Of a DNA stretch of 64,000 bases, positions 35,979 through 44,666 are shown one piece after another. How positions within the stretch are numbered: the stretch's first letter is position 1; each line of letters opens with the position of its first letter. The position numbers and the translations under genes were made by a program. Under the pieces are notes generated by a model. It was given only the letters and a program-made list of their open reading frames with translations, did no database searches and was not told the DNA's origin. Origin of the DNA: a virus (Duplodnaviria; Heunggongvirae; Uroviricota; Caudoviricetes); IMG/VR virus record IMGVR_UViG_3300028048_000100, positions 33,214 through 97,213 of that record; one strand, given 5' to 3'.

Positions 35979-37787
35979 ATGGCTGAATTATTCAAAGACG
36001 CGGGAAATATCTCTAAAAACCTGCCTAGATATGCAAGTAGTAGAGAGGATATAGTAACCAATGATGTCATTCGTGAGATAAACACTTATGATACGTGGGG
36101 TGACATACCCATCCCTGGTGATATGCAGGATTTGAAACTTGTCAAGAAAGATGGCAAGATCATTCAAGACCCTAAGGCGAAACAGACTTATGGTGTGAGA
36201 TCTATATTCAATCGTCTGCTACTAGTGCCTCATTTGGGTAACCGCGTGAGGGAGGATTTGAATGCGCCGTTGATTGATTCGCCAAAGACGCGTCAGAATA
36301 TCAAGATGCGTTCTAACCCTTCCATCAAAATGCTGGTAGCAGCATCTGTTGCCGGTGCACTTGGCAGAGAGACATATTCTTACAGCGACTTCATGTATTG
36401 CAAATATCTAGGCCGTGTTCCAAACAATTACCTCATCACCCTTCGTCGCTTCCCCATAGCATGTAACGACTATATCGGTCAGCTTGTTCGTAGAAGTAAA
36501 GAAGAACGTGAGACACAGGTTTCATTAGGTTGTATGGTTACTTGGTTAGGAACACCGGGTAATGAGATGAGCAATATCCTCAAATACAACTACTCTATGC
36601 CATTCGAAGAGAAGAAGGCTGAGGTGCAGGATGTAGAGACTAGGAATCCAGACACACCAATGGCTAAGATGTTTGCTGCATTTGATAGTAAATACGCCGA
36701 GCAGGTTATGTTAGGACAGGCAGACCCAAATCCAGCTTCAGACATTGTTGGTAAATTGGGTATGCCGACTGTTGCTGGGCTTGGAGCCGGCGGCGGATCT
36801 CCCTACGGCGATCAACTTACTAAGAAAGACCAGAATAAGATATATGGTCCAGTGGATGTCGTAAAAACTACACACATGCGTAGTGATAAGGATGGTCTTC
36901 AATTCAGTCACGAGTTCGAACTTCAATTTGAATATGAGTTGAGATCTTACTCAAACATCAATGCGCGTCAGGCTATGCTAGACCTGATTGCGAACATCCT
37001 AACTGTGACATACGTGTCTGGTAGCTTCTGGAGGGGTGGATTCCGGGGCTTAGGTCCTCACCAATCCGACTTATTCTCTAACTTGAAAGTGATGAAAGCA
37101 AAAGGTGGTTTCACCGGTATGATGGACGCTTTTGCTGATGATTTGAGTACGATTGGCTCTAAGGTATCGGCCAATGTAAAGGAACAGGGTGGTGTATTAG
37201 AGACTATCAAGAACTTAGCTAACAACTTTGGCGGTATGCTTCTTGGTGGCCTTTTGAATAAGATGGGGCGTCCGCAAAAAGCGATGCTTAACTCGCTGCT
37301 GTCTCCAGCGCCAGTTGGCCTATGGCATGTAACTGTTGGTAATCCATTCCACCCAATCATGTCTATCGGCAACCTAATACTAACAGATACATCCATAACA
37401 CATGATGGACCTCTTGGTCTAGACGACTTTCCGACTAAGCTCATTGTTAAGTGTAAACTAAAAAGAGCAAAAGGTCGTGCAGCCCAAGATATTGAAATGC
37501 TATATAATCAGGGTATGGTTCGAAGCTATACCTCTATGAACAAAGATATCGATACCTTAATCAAATCAGCACCAACCTATCGCGGATCTGGTTCATCTAG
37601 CTCAGGTAATGCTAATACTACAGACAATGCCGCAGGTCGTCCGGGTGTAATCAAACGCATCGACGATATTGCAGGTGGAGACTTGCTCAAGAGATATATG
37701 TATAGCTCTGATGTTAGTAATTTAGCCACTGCGAGTGCAGAGTGGTTCAAGGGTGGTGATAGTAAACCTTCTACTTCAAAGACATAA
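35979..37787 (+). CDS. hypothetical protein (602 aa), structural candidate
   Basis: Long ORF with Gly-rich loops. Confidence 0.55.
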   Translation: MAELFKDAGNISKNLPRYASSREDIVTNDVIREINTYDTWGDIPIPGDMQDLKLVKKDGKIIQDPKAKQTYGVRSIFNRLLLVPHLGNRVREDLNAPLIDSPKTRQNIKMRSNPSIKMLVAASVAGALGRETYSYSDFMYCKYLGRVPNNYLITLRRFPIACNDYIGQLVRRSKEERETQVSLGCMVTWLGTPGNEMSNILKYNYSMPFEEKKAEVQDVETRNPDTPMAKMFAAFDSKYAEQVMLGQADPNPASDIVGKLGMPTVAGLGAGGGSPYGDQLTKKDQNKIYGPVDVVKTTHMRSDKDGLQFSHEFELQFEYELRSYSNINARQAMLDLIANILTVTYVSGSFWRGGFRGLGPHQSDLFSNLKVMKAKGGFTGMMDAFADDLSTIGSKVSANVKEQGGVLETIKNLANNFGGMLLGGLLNKMGRPQKAMLNSLLSPAPVGLWHVTVGNPFHPIMSIGNLILTDTSITHDGPLGLDDFPTKLIVKCKLKRAKGRAAQDIEMLYNQGMVRSYTSMNKDIDTLIKSAPTYRGSGSSSSGNANTTDNAAGRPGVIKRIDDIAGGDLLKRYMYSSDVSNLATASAEWFKGGDSKPSTSKT

Positions 37788-37790
37788 TGT

Positions 37791-38243
37791 ATGGGACATG
37801 ATATTAAACAGCTTAAACCAAAACTAAATGGTCGCTATCAGCAGGGGTACATCAGGACCTCTGCTTGTAATAAACTGTTCAATTCTCAAAAGACCCAACC
37901 AGTTATCTATCGGTCTTCTTACGAAAAACGTTTCATCAGTTGGCTTGAGACGAACCCCAAAGTAAAGAAATGGGGTTCAGAATGTGCACCTATACCATAT
38001 ATGTATATCGACGGCTACATGCACAATTACTACCCAGATTTTATCGTTGAAATGACTAATGGGGATGTTTTGGTGATAGAAATCAAGCCATTTAATCAGA
38101 CTGTCAAACCAGATGAGGCTGATGACTACGCATACAACACATATGTTAAGAACATGTGCAAGTGGCAGGCAGCAAAAAAATTCTGTGATGATCGAAACAT
38201 GAAGTTCCAAATCGTCACAGAACGTACTATTTCTCGACTGTAA
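37791..38243 (+). CDS. hypothetical protein (150 aa)
   Basis: ORF 4 nt after the previous stop. Confidence 0.5.
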   Translation: MGHDIKQLKPKLNGRYQQGYIRTSACNKLFNSQKTQPVIYRSSYEKRFISWLETNPKVKKWGSECAPIPYMYIDGYMHNYYPDFIVEMTNGDVLVIEIKPFNQTVKPDEADDYAYNTYVKNMCKWQAAKKFCDDRNMKFQIVTERTISRL

Positions 38244-38834
38244 TCAATCTAACATCCAAATCTCTTCTGGTACTGATATTTCATATGTCCAACTCAGAGC
38301 TTTGAAGTCCATGCGATACTCTTTATTAGATTTTGTACCAGGACGTTTATCGTATGGTTTTTGGGCGTGTTTATCACGGAACCATACTCTAAATTGAATT
38401 TCCAGTCCACACACCTTGTATATCTGGTTTGAATCAAACTCTTTACTAGTCTTTTCAAACTCGACGTGTTTAGATTTTAGGTACTTTTCAAAACCTTCTC
38501 TCAATGCAGCACGGATGAAATTTTGGTTATCTATATCAACAGCTTCAAAGTCCTTGTTGTAATAGATGCTTGCATCATCGTGGTGAATAGATATGATGTA
38601 GTTCCACATATCATCCATATAGTACTTAACCGTGACACATTTCTTATTGATCCACTCATGACCGCGATTAGCAATAACCGGTTTACTCGCACCATTGACC
38701 TTACGAGAATCGATATGAAGTTGCTCGAAGAACTGATCCAGTGCTTCGCGTGCACGACGTTTGTCAATTTCGTTCTTGACTTTCTTGTCAATTACGTCGT
38801 CATTATCTTGTATGGCTTCCCAGAGTGTTCTCAT
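38244..38834 (-). CDS. IQD-leader paralog family protein, long-leader form (isolated copy)
   Basis: N-term MRTLWEAIQDNDDVIDKKV. Confidence 0.7.
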   Translation of the reverse strand: MRTLWEAIQDNDDVIDKKVKNEIDKRRAREALDQFFEQLHIDSRKVNGASKPVIANRGHEWINKKCVTVKYYMDDMWNYIISIHHDDASIYYNKDFEAVDIDNQNFIRAALREGFEKYLKSKHVEFEKTSKEFDSNQIYKVCGLEIQFRVWFRDKHAQKPYDKRPGTKSNKEYRMDFKALSWTYEISVPEEIWMLD

Positions 38835-39229
38835 TTCTTAAATTTTAACAGGAAATTTGTGTAAGTACCGCCGATCTCGAAGAATACATAATCAGCCTTC
38901 TCCCAAAGACCCTTGGAATTGTTGTATCCATAACTACCTACCTCATATAGCTCAGAGTCGTCAGCAAAGTAACTCTTGACGATCTCATAAACCTCTTCGT
39001 AGGTCATGCCCGGTTCAATACGAGCAGTAAGTATCTTAAACAAGCTATCCCAGAGTTTAGCAGGAGCCTTAACAAGCCAATCCAATGAATAATCTACAGA
39101 GTGTTCCTTAACATCCTTCTCGATGGCTTTCTTGTCGAGCAAACCGGACTTCTTGTTTAGATTTTTCCAAATGAGCTTTGCCTTTTGTGTATCAATAGCT
39201 TCGGTCAAGTATTCAGATAGACTTTTCAT
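38831..39229 (-). CDS. MKxL..LxE-leader family protein
   Basis: N-term MKSLSEYLTEAIDTQ; ATGA coupling. Confidence 0.55.
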   Translation of the reverse strand: MKSLSEYLTEAIDTQKAKLIWKNLNKKSGLLDKKAIEKDVKEHSVDYSLDWLVKAPAKLWDSLFKILTARIEPGMTYEEVYEIVKSYFADDSELYEVGSYGYNNSKGLWEKADYVFFEIGGTYTNFLLKFKK

Positions 39230-40896
39230 TATACTATATTGACTTTATTCATTTCTTTAGTTAATATATGTGCCTTGTATGGGCTAACTGTATAACCGAG
39301 CTTTGCCAATGTGTCACGGTTCAATAAGCAGTTTGTTGTCTTAGTATCGCGGTTATCAACAATACTGATATGTACGTCTTTAACCTTACGTAGACCGAGC
39401 TGTAACTCGGGGAGAACGATCACTGGTCTCTTGAAATGCTCTTCACCGGCAATAACCTTAGACTCTTTCACTTTCTCATAGCTAAACTTCTTGCCATCGA
39501 TAGTAAACTCAACAGTATTACCCTTATCTTCAAACTCACCAACCTCCAAACAAGTGGCATTAGTTGAGTTACCAGTGTCTAACTTAGCTAGGAACTCTTT
39601 TCTAACACCCTCACCAAAGTCGATAGTTACGCTCTCTACGTATCCGGCGGTTTTGTCTTGAAGCATGAACTCTGAAGGATCATCCAGCTCATTTAAGAGG
39701 ATGTTCACAAAGTTCTCCTTGATAACATCTGAGATACCATCTGTACCCGGCGATGCATTGATCTCCAATACGACGTTGTCGCCGATCTTTGGATTACTAC
39801 CCTTTACGAGTGGCATGATATCCACAGCACACCATGGCAAGTGTGACAGCTGTGCGGTGCGGAGTGCGATTTGTTCTTGCTCCTTAGTCAGCTTAACTGG
39901 TTCTGCTGTTGCACCGAGAGAAACATTTGAACGGAAGTCACCAGAGATCTTAACACGTTTCATACAAGCCAAGATCATCTGTTTATTACGAAGTGTGAGT
40001 ACATGAACACGAATATCACCCCCATCAGCCTCTTCTTTCTTTTGGATGATAAGCTTGCGCTCAGGATCGATGGCGAAGATCATTTGGAATATAGCCAATA
40101 TCTTCTTACCATCTACCATAGCTACACCAGTTCCACCATGGCCGTCTAGAATCTTAACAACGAACATCAACTCTTCGTTCTTATCCTGGTCCTTGTCACT
40201 CCATTCCGGATAAACCTCACGCATAGCATCATTATAGAGTTTCTCGTCATATAGAATCTCCTTAGTCATCAGTGTAAAGTTAGGCTGAGGAATCTCACCC
40301 TTCTGGAACAATACTGCTGAATCATACTTATTACATGCGAGTGCACTATACTGTACTGGATTGAGAACTAAGAAACCTCTATCCTGGAGCACCTTGACAA
40401 TATGTTCGCACTCATCTTCATCTTGCACGCCAAGACGTGAGAAGATCAAGGTGTCTAAGTTAGACTCTTTCTCAATAGTAAACTTCTCATCACCGTCAGT
40501 AATGACTATCTTGTTCTCATTCTCATCTGCGTCAATATCTGCTGCAACAAATACGTGAACCTCGGGGATAATCGGGCATTTTTGTTTCTTGAGAGTGTCA
40601 ACCGCATCGTAGATATTCTTTAATGTCTTGTTCTCCTTCGGGTCACGGTCATTAGTGAATACAACGATGTGTTTGAATATATTTTTACACTCTTTTGGAT
40701 GCTGTTCAGCATACGCTACCTCAAGTTCTTCTTTATTCTGAGCTTGTTTGGAAATTCGCTTTTGCTCTTTTTCCTTTTCCTTTTCTATTTCTGCGCGCTC
40801 TTTAGCAGATTTTTCCTCGAGCTTCTCTGTGATCATTTGGCGCACTTGGTCATCGTGCATCAGCGCATTCACATTGTGAAAATTTGAATAATCCAT
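39229..40896 (-). CDS. RimK-like ATP-grasp ligase fused to a C-terminal retropepsin-like domain (PF05618-type 'ATP-dependent Zn protease')
   Basis: 'FVVKILDGHGGTGVAMVDG', 'DIRVHVL' and 'GDFRSNVSLGATAEPVKLT' match RimK ATP-grasp motifs. The C-terminus carries 'LDTGNS…' and 'LLNRDTLAKLGYTV', which are aspartic-protease-like. Confidence 0.6.
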   Translation of the reverse strand: MDYSNFHNVNALMHDDQVRQMITEKLEEKSAKERAEIEKEKEKEQKRISKQAQNKEELEVAYAEQHPKECKNIFKHIVVFTNDRDPKENKTLKNIYDAVDTLKKQKCPIIPEVHVFVAADIDADENENKIVITDGDEKFTIEKESNLDTLIFSRLGVQDEDECEHIVKVLQDRGFLVLNPVQYSALACNKYDSAVLFQKGEIPQPNFTLMTKEILYDEKLYNDAMREVYPEWSDKDQDKNEELMFVVKILDGHGGTGVAMVDGKKILAIFQMIFAIDPERKLIIQKKEEADGGDIRVHVLTLRNKQMILACMKRVKISGDFRSNVSLGATAEPVKLTKEQEQIALRTAQLSHLPWCAVDIMPLVKGSNPKIGDNVVLEINASPGTDGISDVIKENFVNILLNELDDPSEFMLQDKTAGYVESVTIDFGEGVRKEFLAKLDTGNSTNATCLEVGEFEDKGNTVEFTIDGKKFSYEKVKESKVIAGEEHFKRPVIVLPELQLGLRKVKDVHISIVDNRDTKTTNCLLNRDTLAKLGYTVSPYKAHILTKEMNKVNIV

Positions 40897-40933
40897 AATT
40901 TTTTACTCTATAACTATATAATAATGATATTTC

Positions 40934-42037
40934 ATGTATATTAAATCCATGAGAAACAAATGTACACTAATCATCGACGGCAACTGGTTGCTCAACTCTC
41001 GCATGTTTGTTATGAGTGACCGTTTCCGTAAGAATCAGGATGAACACACACGGGCCGCAGCACAAGCCGAACTATCAGAACGTCTAGCTAAATCTATCGT
41101 ATTTATGCTAGGTAAGATGTCTAGTATCGATAACGTTATCTTAGTAGCTGATGGCGGCTCCTGGCGTAAGCAACTACCAAAACCAATTCTAGCACAAGAC
41201 ATTGTTTATAAGGGCAACCGTTCATTGGACGAAGGGCTGGATTGGGATTGTATATTCGGTGCCTTGAATAAACTATGTGATCGTTGTAATGAGCTCGGTA
41301 TAACTACGACTCGTTACCTCAATATTGAAGGTGACGATTGGGTATGGTATTGGACTCGCCGTTTAAATGAGGATGGTATCAACTGTATCATCTGGAGTGT
41401 AGACAATGACCTTAAGCAGCTCGTTCAGGTTAACAATGGAGCATTTACTGCATGGTATTGCAATGATAAGACAGGTTTATTCTTGTCTAAAGAGCTGGAA
41501 ACTAAGGAGATGAGCGACATTGATTTTCTTATGAATCCTGGTACTGAATCTCCGCTACTCAATTCTCTCAAGATAGCCGCTGGACATGTTACATATATCA
41601 CGCCAGACTCTATCGTAATTGGAAAAGTTATGTGTGGAGATAGTGGTGATAACATTAAATCCGTTATTCGATATCAGAAAGATGGTCGCAACCGCAGATT
41701 GGGTGAAAAAGAGTGGAAGAGCATCTCTGAAGCGTACAATATCAAAACCATTGAGGATTTAGAAGGAGATAAGGAGACACAGATAATTAAAGATCTTGTA
41801 TCTAAGTACTCTGACCGCTCTAGCAAGATTACTGCGGAGAATATCAAGGCGATGATTGAATACAATAAGAAGCTCGTTTGGCTTCATGAATCAATCATCC
41901 CAGAAAGCCTGATTCAGAAAATGAATGAGGCGGAATATAAGTATTGCGATATGAGTTATATCCGCAACAATTACAAAGTGTTAACTGGCGAAAATACAGA
42001 TGATATCGAAAGTCTTTTCGGTGGAATTTCACTTTAA
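40934..42037 (+). CDS. 5'-3' exonuclease / flap endonuclease (T4 RNase H-like)
   Basis: 'LIIDGNWLL', 'ILVADGGSWRK…YKGNR', 'GDDWVWYW', 'VDNDLKQL' and 'CGDSGDNIKSV' parallel the T4 RNase H/FEN catalytic motifs. Confidence 0.75.
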   Translation: MYIKSMRNKCTLIIDGNWLLNSRMFVMSDRFRKNQDEHTRAAAQAELSERLAKSIVFMLGKMSSIDNVILVADGGSWRKQLPKPILAQDIVYKGNRSLDEGLDWDCIFGALNKLCDRCNELGITTTRYLNIEGDDWVWYWTRRLNEDGINCIIWSVDNDLKQLVQVNNGAFTAWYCNDKTGLFLSKELETKEMSDIDFLMNPGTESPLLNSLKIAAGHVTYITPDSIVIGKVMCGDSGDNIKSVIRYQKDGRNRRLGEKEWKSISEAYNIKTIEDLEGDKETQIIKDLVSKYSDRSSKITAENIKAMIEYNKKLVWLHESIIPESLIQKMNEAEYKYCDMSYIRNNYKVLTGENTDDIESLFGGISL

Positions 42038-42121
42038 GACTAAAGAGGTTTGTCTTATTATATATATTAAGACTGACCAATACATTGAAACATTTAACTA
42101 ACAAAAAAATAACTGAACATT

Positions 42122-43228
42122 ATGAATTCATTCATTGACGAAGTCATGGGCTTTGATTCAACGAGCCTTGACGTATTCCAAGAGAAACCCCAATCTAAGG
42201 GAAATGTAAACATCTACAAAACCAATCCTGCAGATTCTAAGGCAGAAGATGGTCACTACCACAGCAAAGTTCGTATTCTTTACAATCCATTGAACCTCAA
42301 ACGTTCAATTGTTCACCAGGCTGTCTATGTCCTCCACGACAAGCAAGGTACACTCATCGTGAAGTCATCTCTCGGCGATGGTGATAAGAGCTGTCCGTTG
42401 TTCACCGGCTGGAAAGCATTGCACTATGCAAAGATGCCAGACCCTGAAAATCCGACCAAGACCATCGACGACATGGAGAAGCGTGCATGGGGCGACGAAA
42501 AGTACGAGAAGAACGAGTCTGATTGGGCTCTTGTACAGATCCTCGAAGACGACAACAAGCCTGAGCTCGTCGGCCAGATCAAAGCTATGAAACTTCCAAA
42601 GGTTGTTCTCACCAAGCTGACCGCTAAGATGAACCCGAGTGCTGATTCCAAGAAGGCCCCAGTACCTGTCATGGACTATCTCATCGGTATTCCTTTGGAT
42701 ATCGACGTAACTCCAGGTCCGGATGATCCTAAGAATCCTCAGCGCAAGCAGCGCGAGATCAGCTACGATCTTTGCGATTTCGATACCGATTACGCTCCGA
42801 TCATGAAGGTTGACGGCACTCCACTGTTCACCGACGAGGAGATCGAGACTATCGATGCATTCAATGAGGCAAAGGCTCTGATCAACGGTAAGGCAAAGAC
42901 CGCAAAGGCAAAAGAGGACGCCGAGAAGAAGCTTGCCGGCATGACAGAGGCTGTTAAGGCTCTCTACCAGAAGGCACTCGACTACCTCAAGGATGAGGCT
43001 CACGTAATCGACCTCGTTGCAGAGTGTGGTTATACTCCGTGGAATCCTGAAGTATCCGAACGCGTATCCAAGTGGATTGCATCTATTGCAGCTATGAAAG
43101 ATCCGTTGGTAGAGGATATCAATGAGACCGCAGCTCCGGCAGCAGCAGAAGAAGCAACTACTGAAGCCGCTCCGGTGGAAGCAGCTGATCCGGCAGCGCA
43201 AATGGCCGCTGGTGACTTGCCTTTCTAA
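42122..43228 (+). CDS. single-stranded DNA-binding protein candidate
   Basis: Ala/Glu-rich C-terminal tail ending …AAGDLPF, as in the SSB DIPF tails. Sits in the replication gene neighbourhood. Confidence 0.45.
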   Translation: MNSFIDEVMGFDSTSLDVFQEKPQSKGNVNIYKTNPADSKAEDGHYHSKVRILYNPLNLKRSIVHQAVYVLHDKQGTLIVKSSLGDGDKSCPLFTGWKALHYAKMPDPENPTKTIDDMEKRAWGDEKYEKNESDWALVQILEDDNKPELVGQIKAMKLPKVVLTKLTAKMNPSADSKKAPVPVMDYLIGIPLDIDVTPGPDDPKNPQRKQREISYDLCDFDTDYAPIMKVDGTPLFTDEEIETIDAFNEAKALINGKAKTAKAKEDAEKKLAGMTEAVKALYQKALDYLKDEAHVIDLVAECGYTPWNPEVSERVSKWIASIAAMKDPLVEDINETAAPAAAEEATTEAAPVEAADPAAQMAAGDLPF

Positions 43229-43246
43229 AAGATTGGTAGTACGATC

Positions 43247-43288
43247 AAAAAAAGAGGGCCTCGTAAGAGATCCTCTTTATTTTTTTGT
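43247..43288. terminator. bidirectional hairpin terminator between convergent genes
   Basis: aaaagagggcctcg…gatcctctttattttttt. Confidence 0.45.
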
Positions 43289-43299
43289 TTGGAACTAGC

Positions 43300-43971
43300 T
43301 CAACCTTCATATGTACAAGTCTCCCAATCCCAGTTGCCTGCACCAGTGATTATAGAAGATAATTCTTCCGCAAGCTTCTTGGATGTGTTATCGTCTGCTA
43401 TCAGATAGAAGAACATGCCGTCATCTCCATCAGCAGTCAATAGGTAAACCTCGTCACCTTTATTGAGATCAAATTCATCGGATAACAACTCTTGTTGAGC
43501 GTAGGAGTCGTCCCACGGATAGTTTCCTAGGAACTTAGTACCATAGTCAACTCGCTTGTCTTCGATGTCTTTGCATACCTTACAAAGGTTCTTGATGAAT
43601 GGTTTATTAGATTTAGCCCAATCAGCATCAACGGATACATCATCCCATCGATCCCAATCCTCACCATTCTTAGTGTTGACATCGAATTTGGCTGCGAAAG
43701 ATATGATGGATTCAACGTTGGCTGCAGAAGACTCAATATGCTTATTAGATTCAACGAGTAAGCTTTCCTTTAGAAAATCCTTCAGGTCTTTCATCTTCTT
43801 CTTGGTTTTTTGCTTCTTAGCCTTTGCTTTGTCAGTATCCATACCTTGTGCGAGTGGTTCCGATAAAGTGTCTTCACCAGTTGGTCCCGGATTACCAGCA
43901 CCCATTGTGTTACCCGGTGTAGTATAGATACCGGCACCATCACACTCGAGATATGTTAGCAAACTTCGCAT
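43300..43971 (-). CDS. hypothetical protein (223 aa), begins MRSLL
   Basis: ORF with a Lys-rich patch (KAKAKKQKTKKK). Confidence 0.55.
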   Translation of the reverse strand: MRSLLTYLECDGAGIYTTPGNTMGAGNPGPTGEDTLSEPLAQGMDTDKAKAKKQKTKKKMKDLKDFLKESLLVESNKHIESSAANVESIISFAAKFDVNTKNGEDWDRWDDVSVDADWAKSNKPFIKNLCKVCKDIEDKRVDYGTKFLGNYPWDDSYAQQELLSDEFDLNKGDEVYLLTADGDDGMFFYLIADDNTSKKLAEELSSIITGAGNWDWETCTYEG

Positions 43972-44597
43972 TATTCCTCACCTGGTTCTGGATCAGCAGC
44001 TGGATCTGCTGGTTGTTCATCAGATACTTCAGTAACAGCAGTCTCATGAACAGATACCTTTACATAGATACCTGCGGGATCACCGGCTAGATCATAGAGT
44101 GGGTAAACAGCTTCCGGATCAAGCTCAGTTGCTTCTACGCGATATTTTTCACCAATCAGTGAAGGTTCTGGGTCTGGTTCGTTTGTTAACACTTCGACTT
44201 CGGTATAATCCTCGCCGCGGTCTACTACTTTAACAGTACCACGAGCCCATTCAGTAGTTGCCTCTTCGTCAGCGTATGAGACAAAGTCATAGAGCTCCTC
44301 TACTGGCTCCTCTGAAGAATCATCAGAGCTAGATCCTGCATCTGAGCTGTCTGAAGAATCAGAGCTATCTGAGCTTGAGCCTCCGTCTGAAGAATCGTCT
44401 GAAGAATCAGAGCTATCTGAGTTGTCGCCGAAGAAGTAATCGTAAGCAGCTACTTGAGTTACAGCGGCACGAGCAATCTTGCCACCTTCTGATTCAGCGT
44501 CATCTGGATCGATTACACCCTCTGCGATAGCAACGTTGACAGCAGGCTGTGTAATATAGTCTTCCAATTTGAGTTTTTCCTCATTATTTGCGTCCAT
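43971..44597 (-). CDS. highly acidic Ser/Asp-repeat protein
   Basis: …DSSDSSDDSSDGGSSSDSSDSSDSSDAGSSSDDSSEE… low-complexity core. The DNA carries direct repeats (tctgaagaatcagagctatctga, twice). Confidence 0.55.
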   Translation of the reverse strand: MDANNEEKLKLEDYITQPAVNVAIAEGVIDPDDAESEGGKIARAAVTQVAAYDYFFGDNSDSSDSSDDSSDGGSSSDSSDSSDSSDAGSSSDDSSEEPVEELYDFVSYADEEATTEWARGTVKVVDRGEDYTEVEVLTNEPDPEPSLIGEKYRVEATELDPEAVYPLYDLAGDPAGIYVKVSVHETAVTEVSDEQPADPAADPEPGEE

Positions 44598-44666
44598 AAT
44601 TGCAGTATATTTTTCTAATATAATAACTACTCAAGAAAGGGTTGGAAATTCATATATTAGATAGGA

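Noticed and set aside
39229-40896. Considered calling the RimK-like protein a glutathione or D-Ala-D-Ala ligase-type ATP-grasp.
   Set aside because: The GDFRSN..G..AEP and LDGxGGxGV motifs are specifically RimK-like. The C-terminal DTG-type domain matches the rimK-associated retropepsin family rather than a GshB or Ddl architecture.
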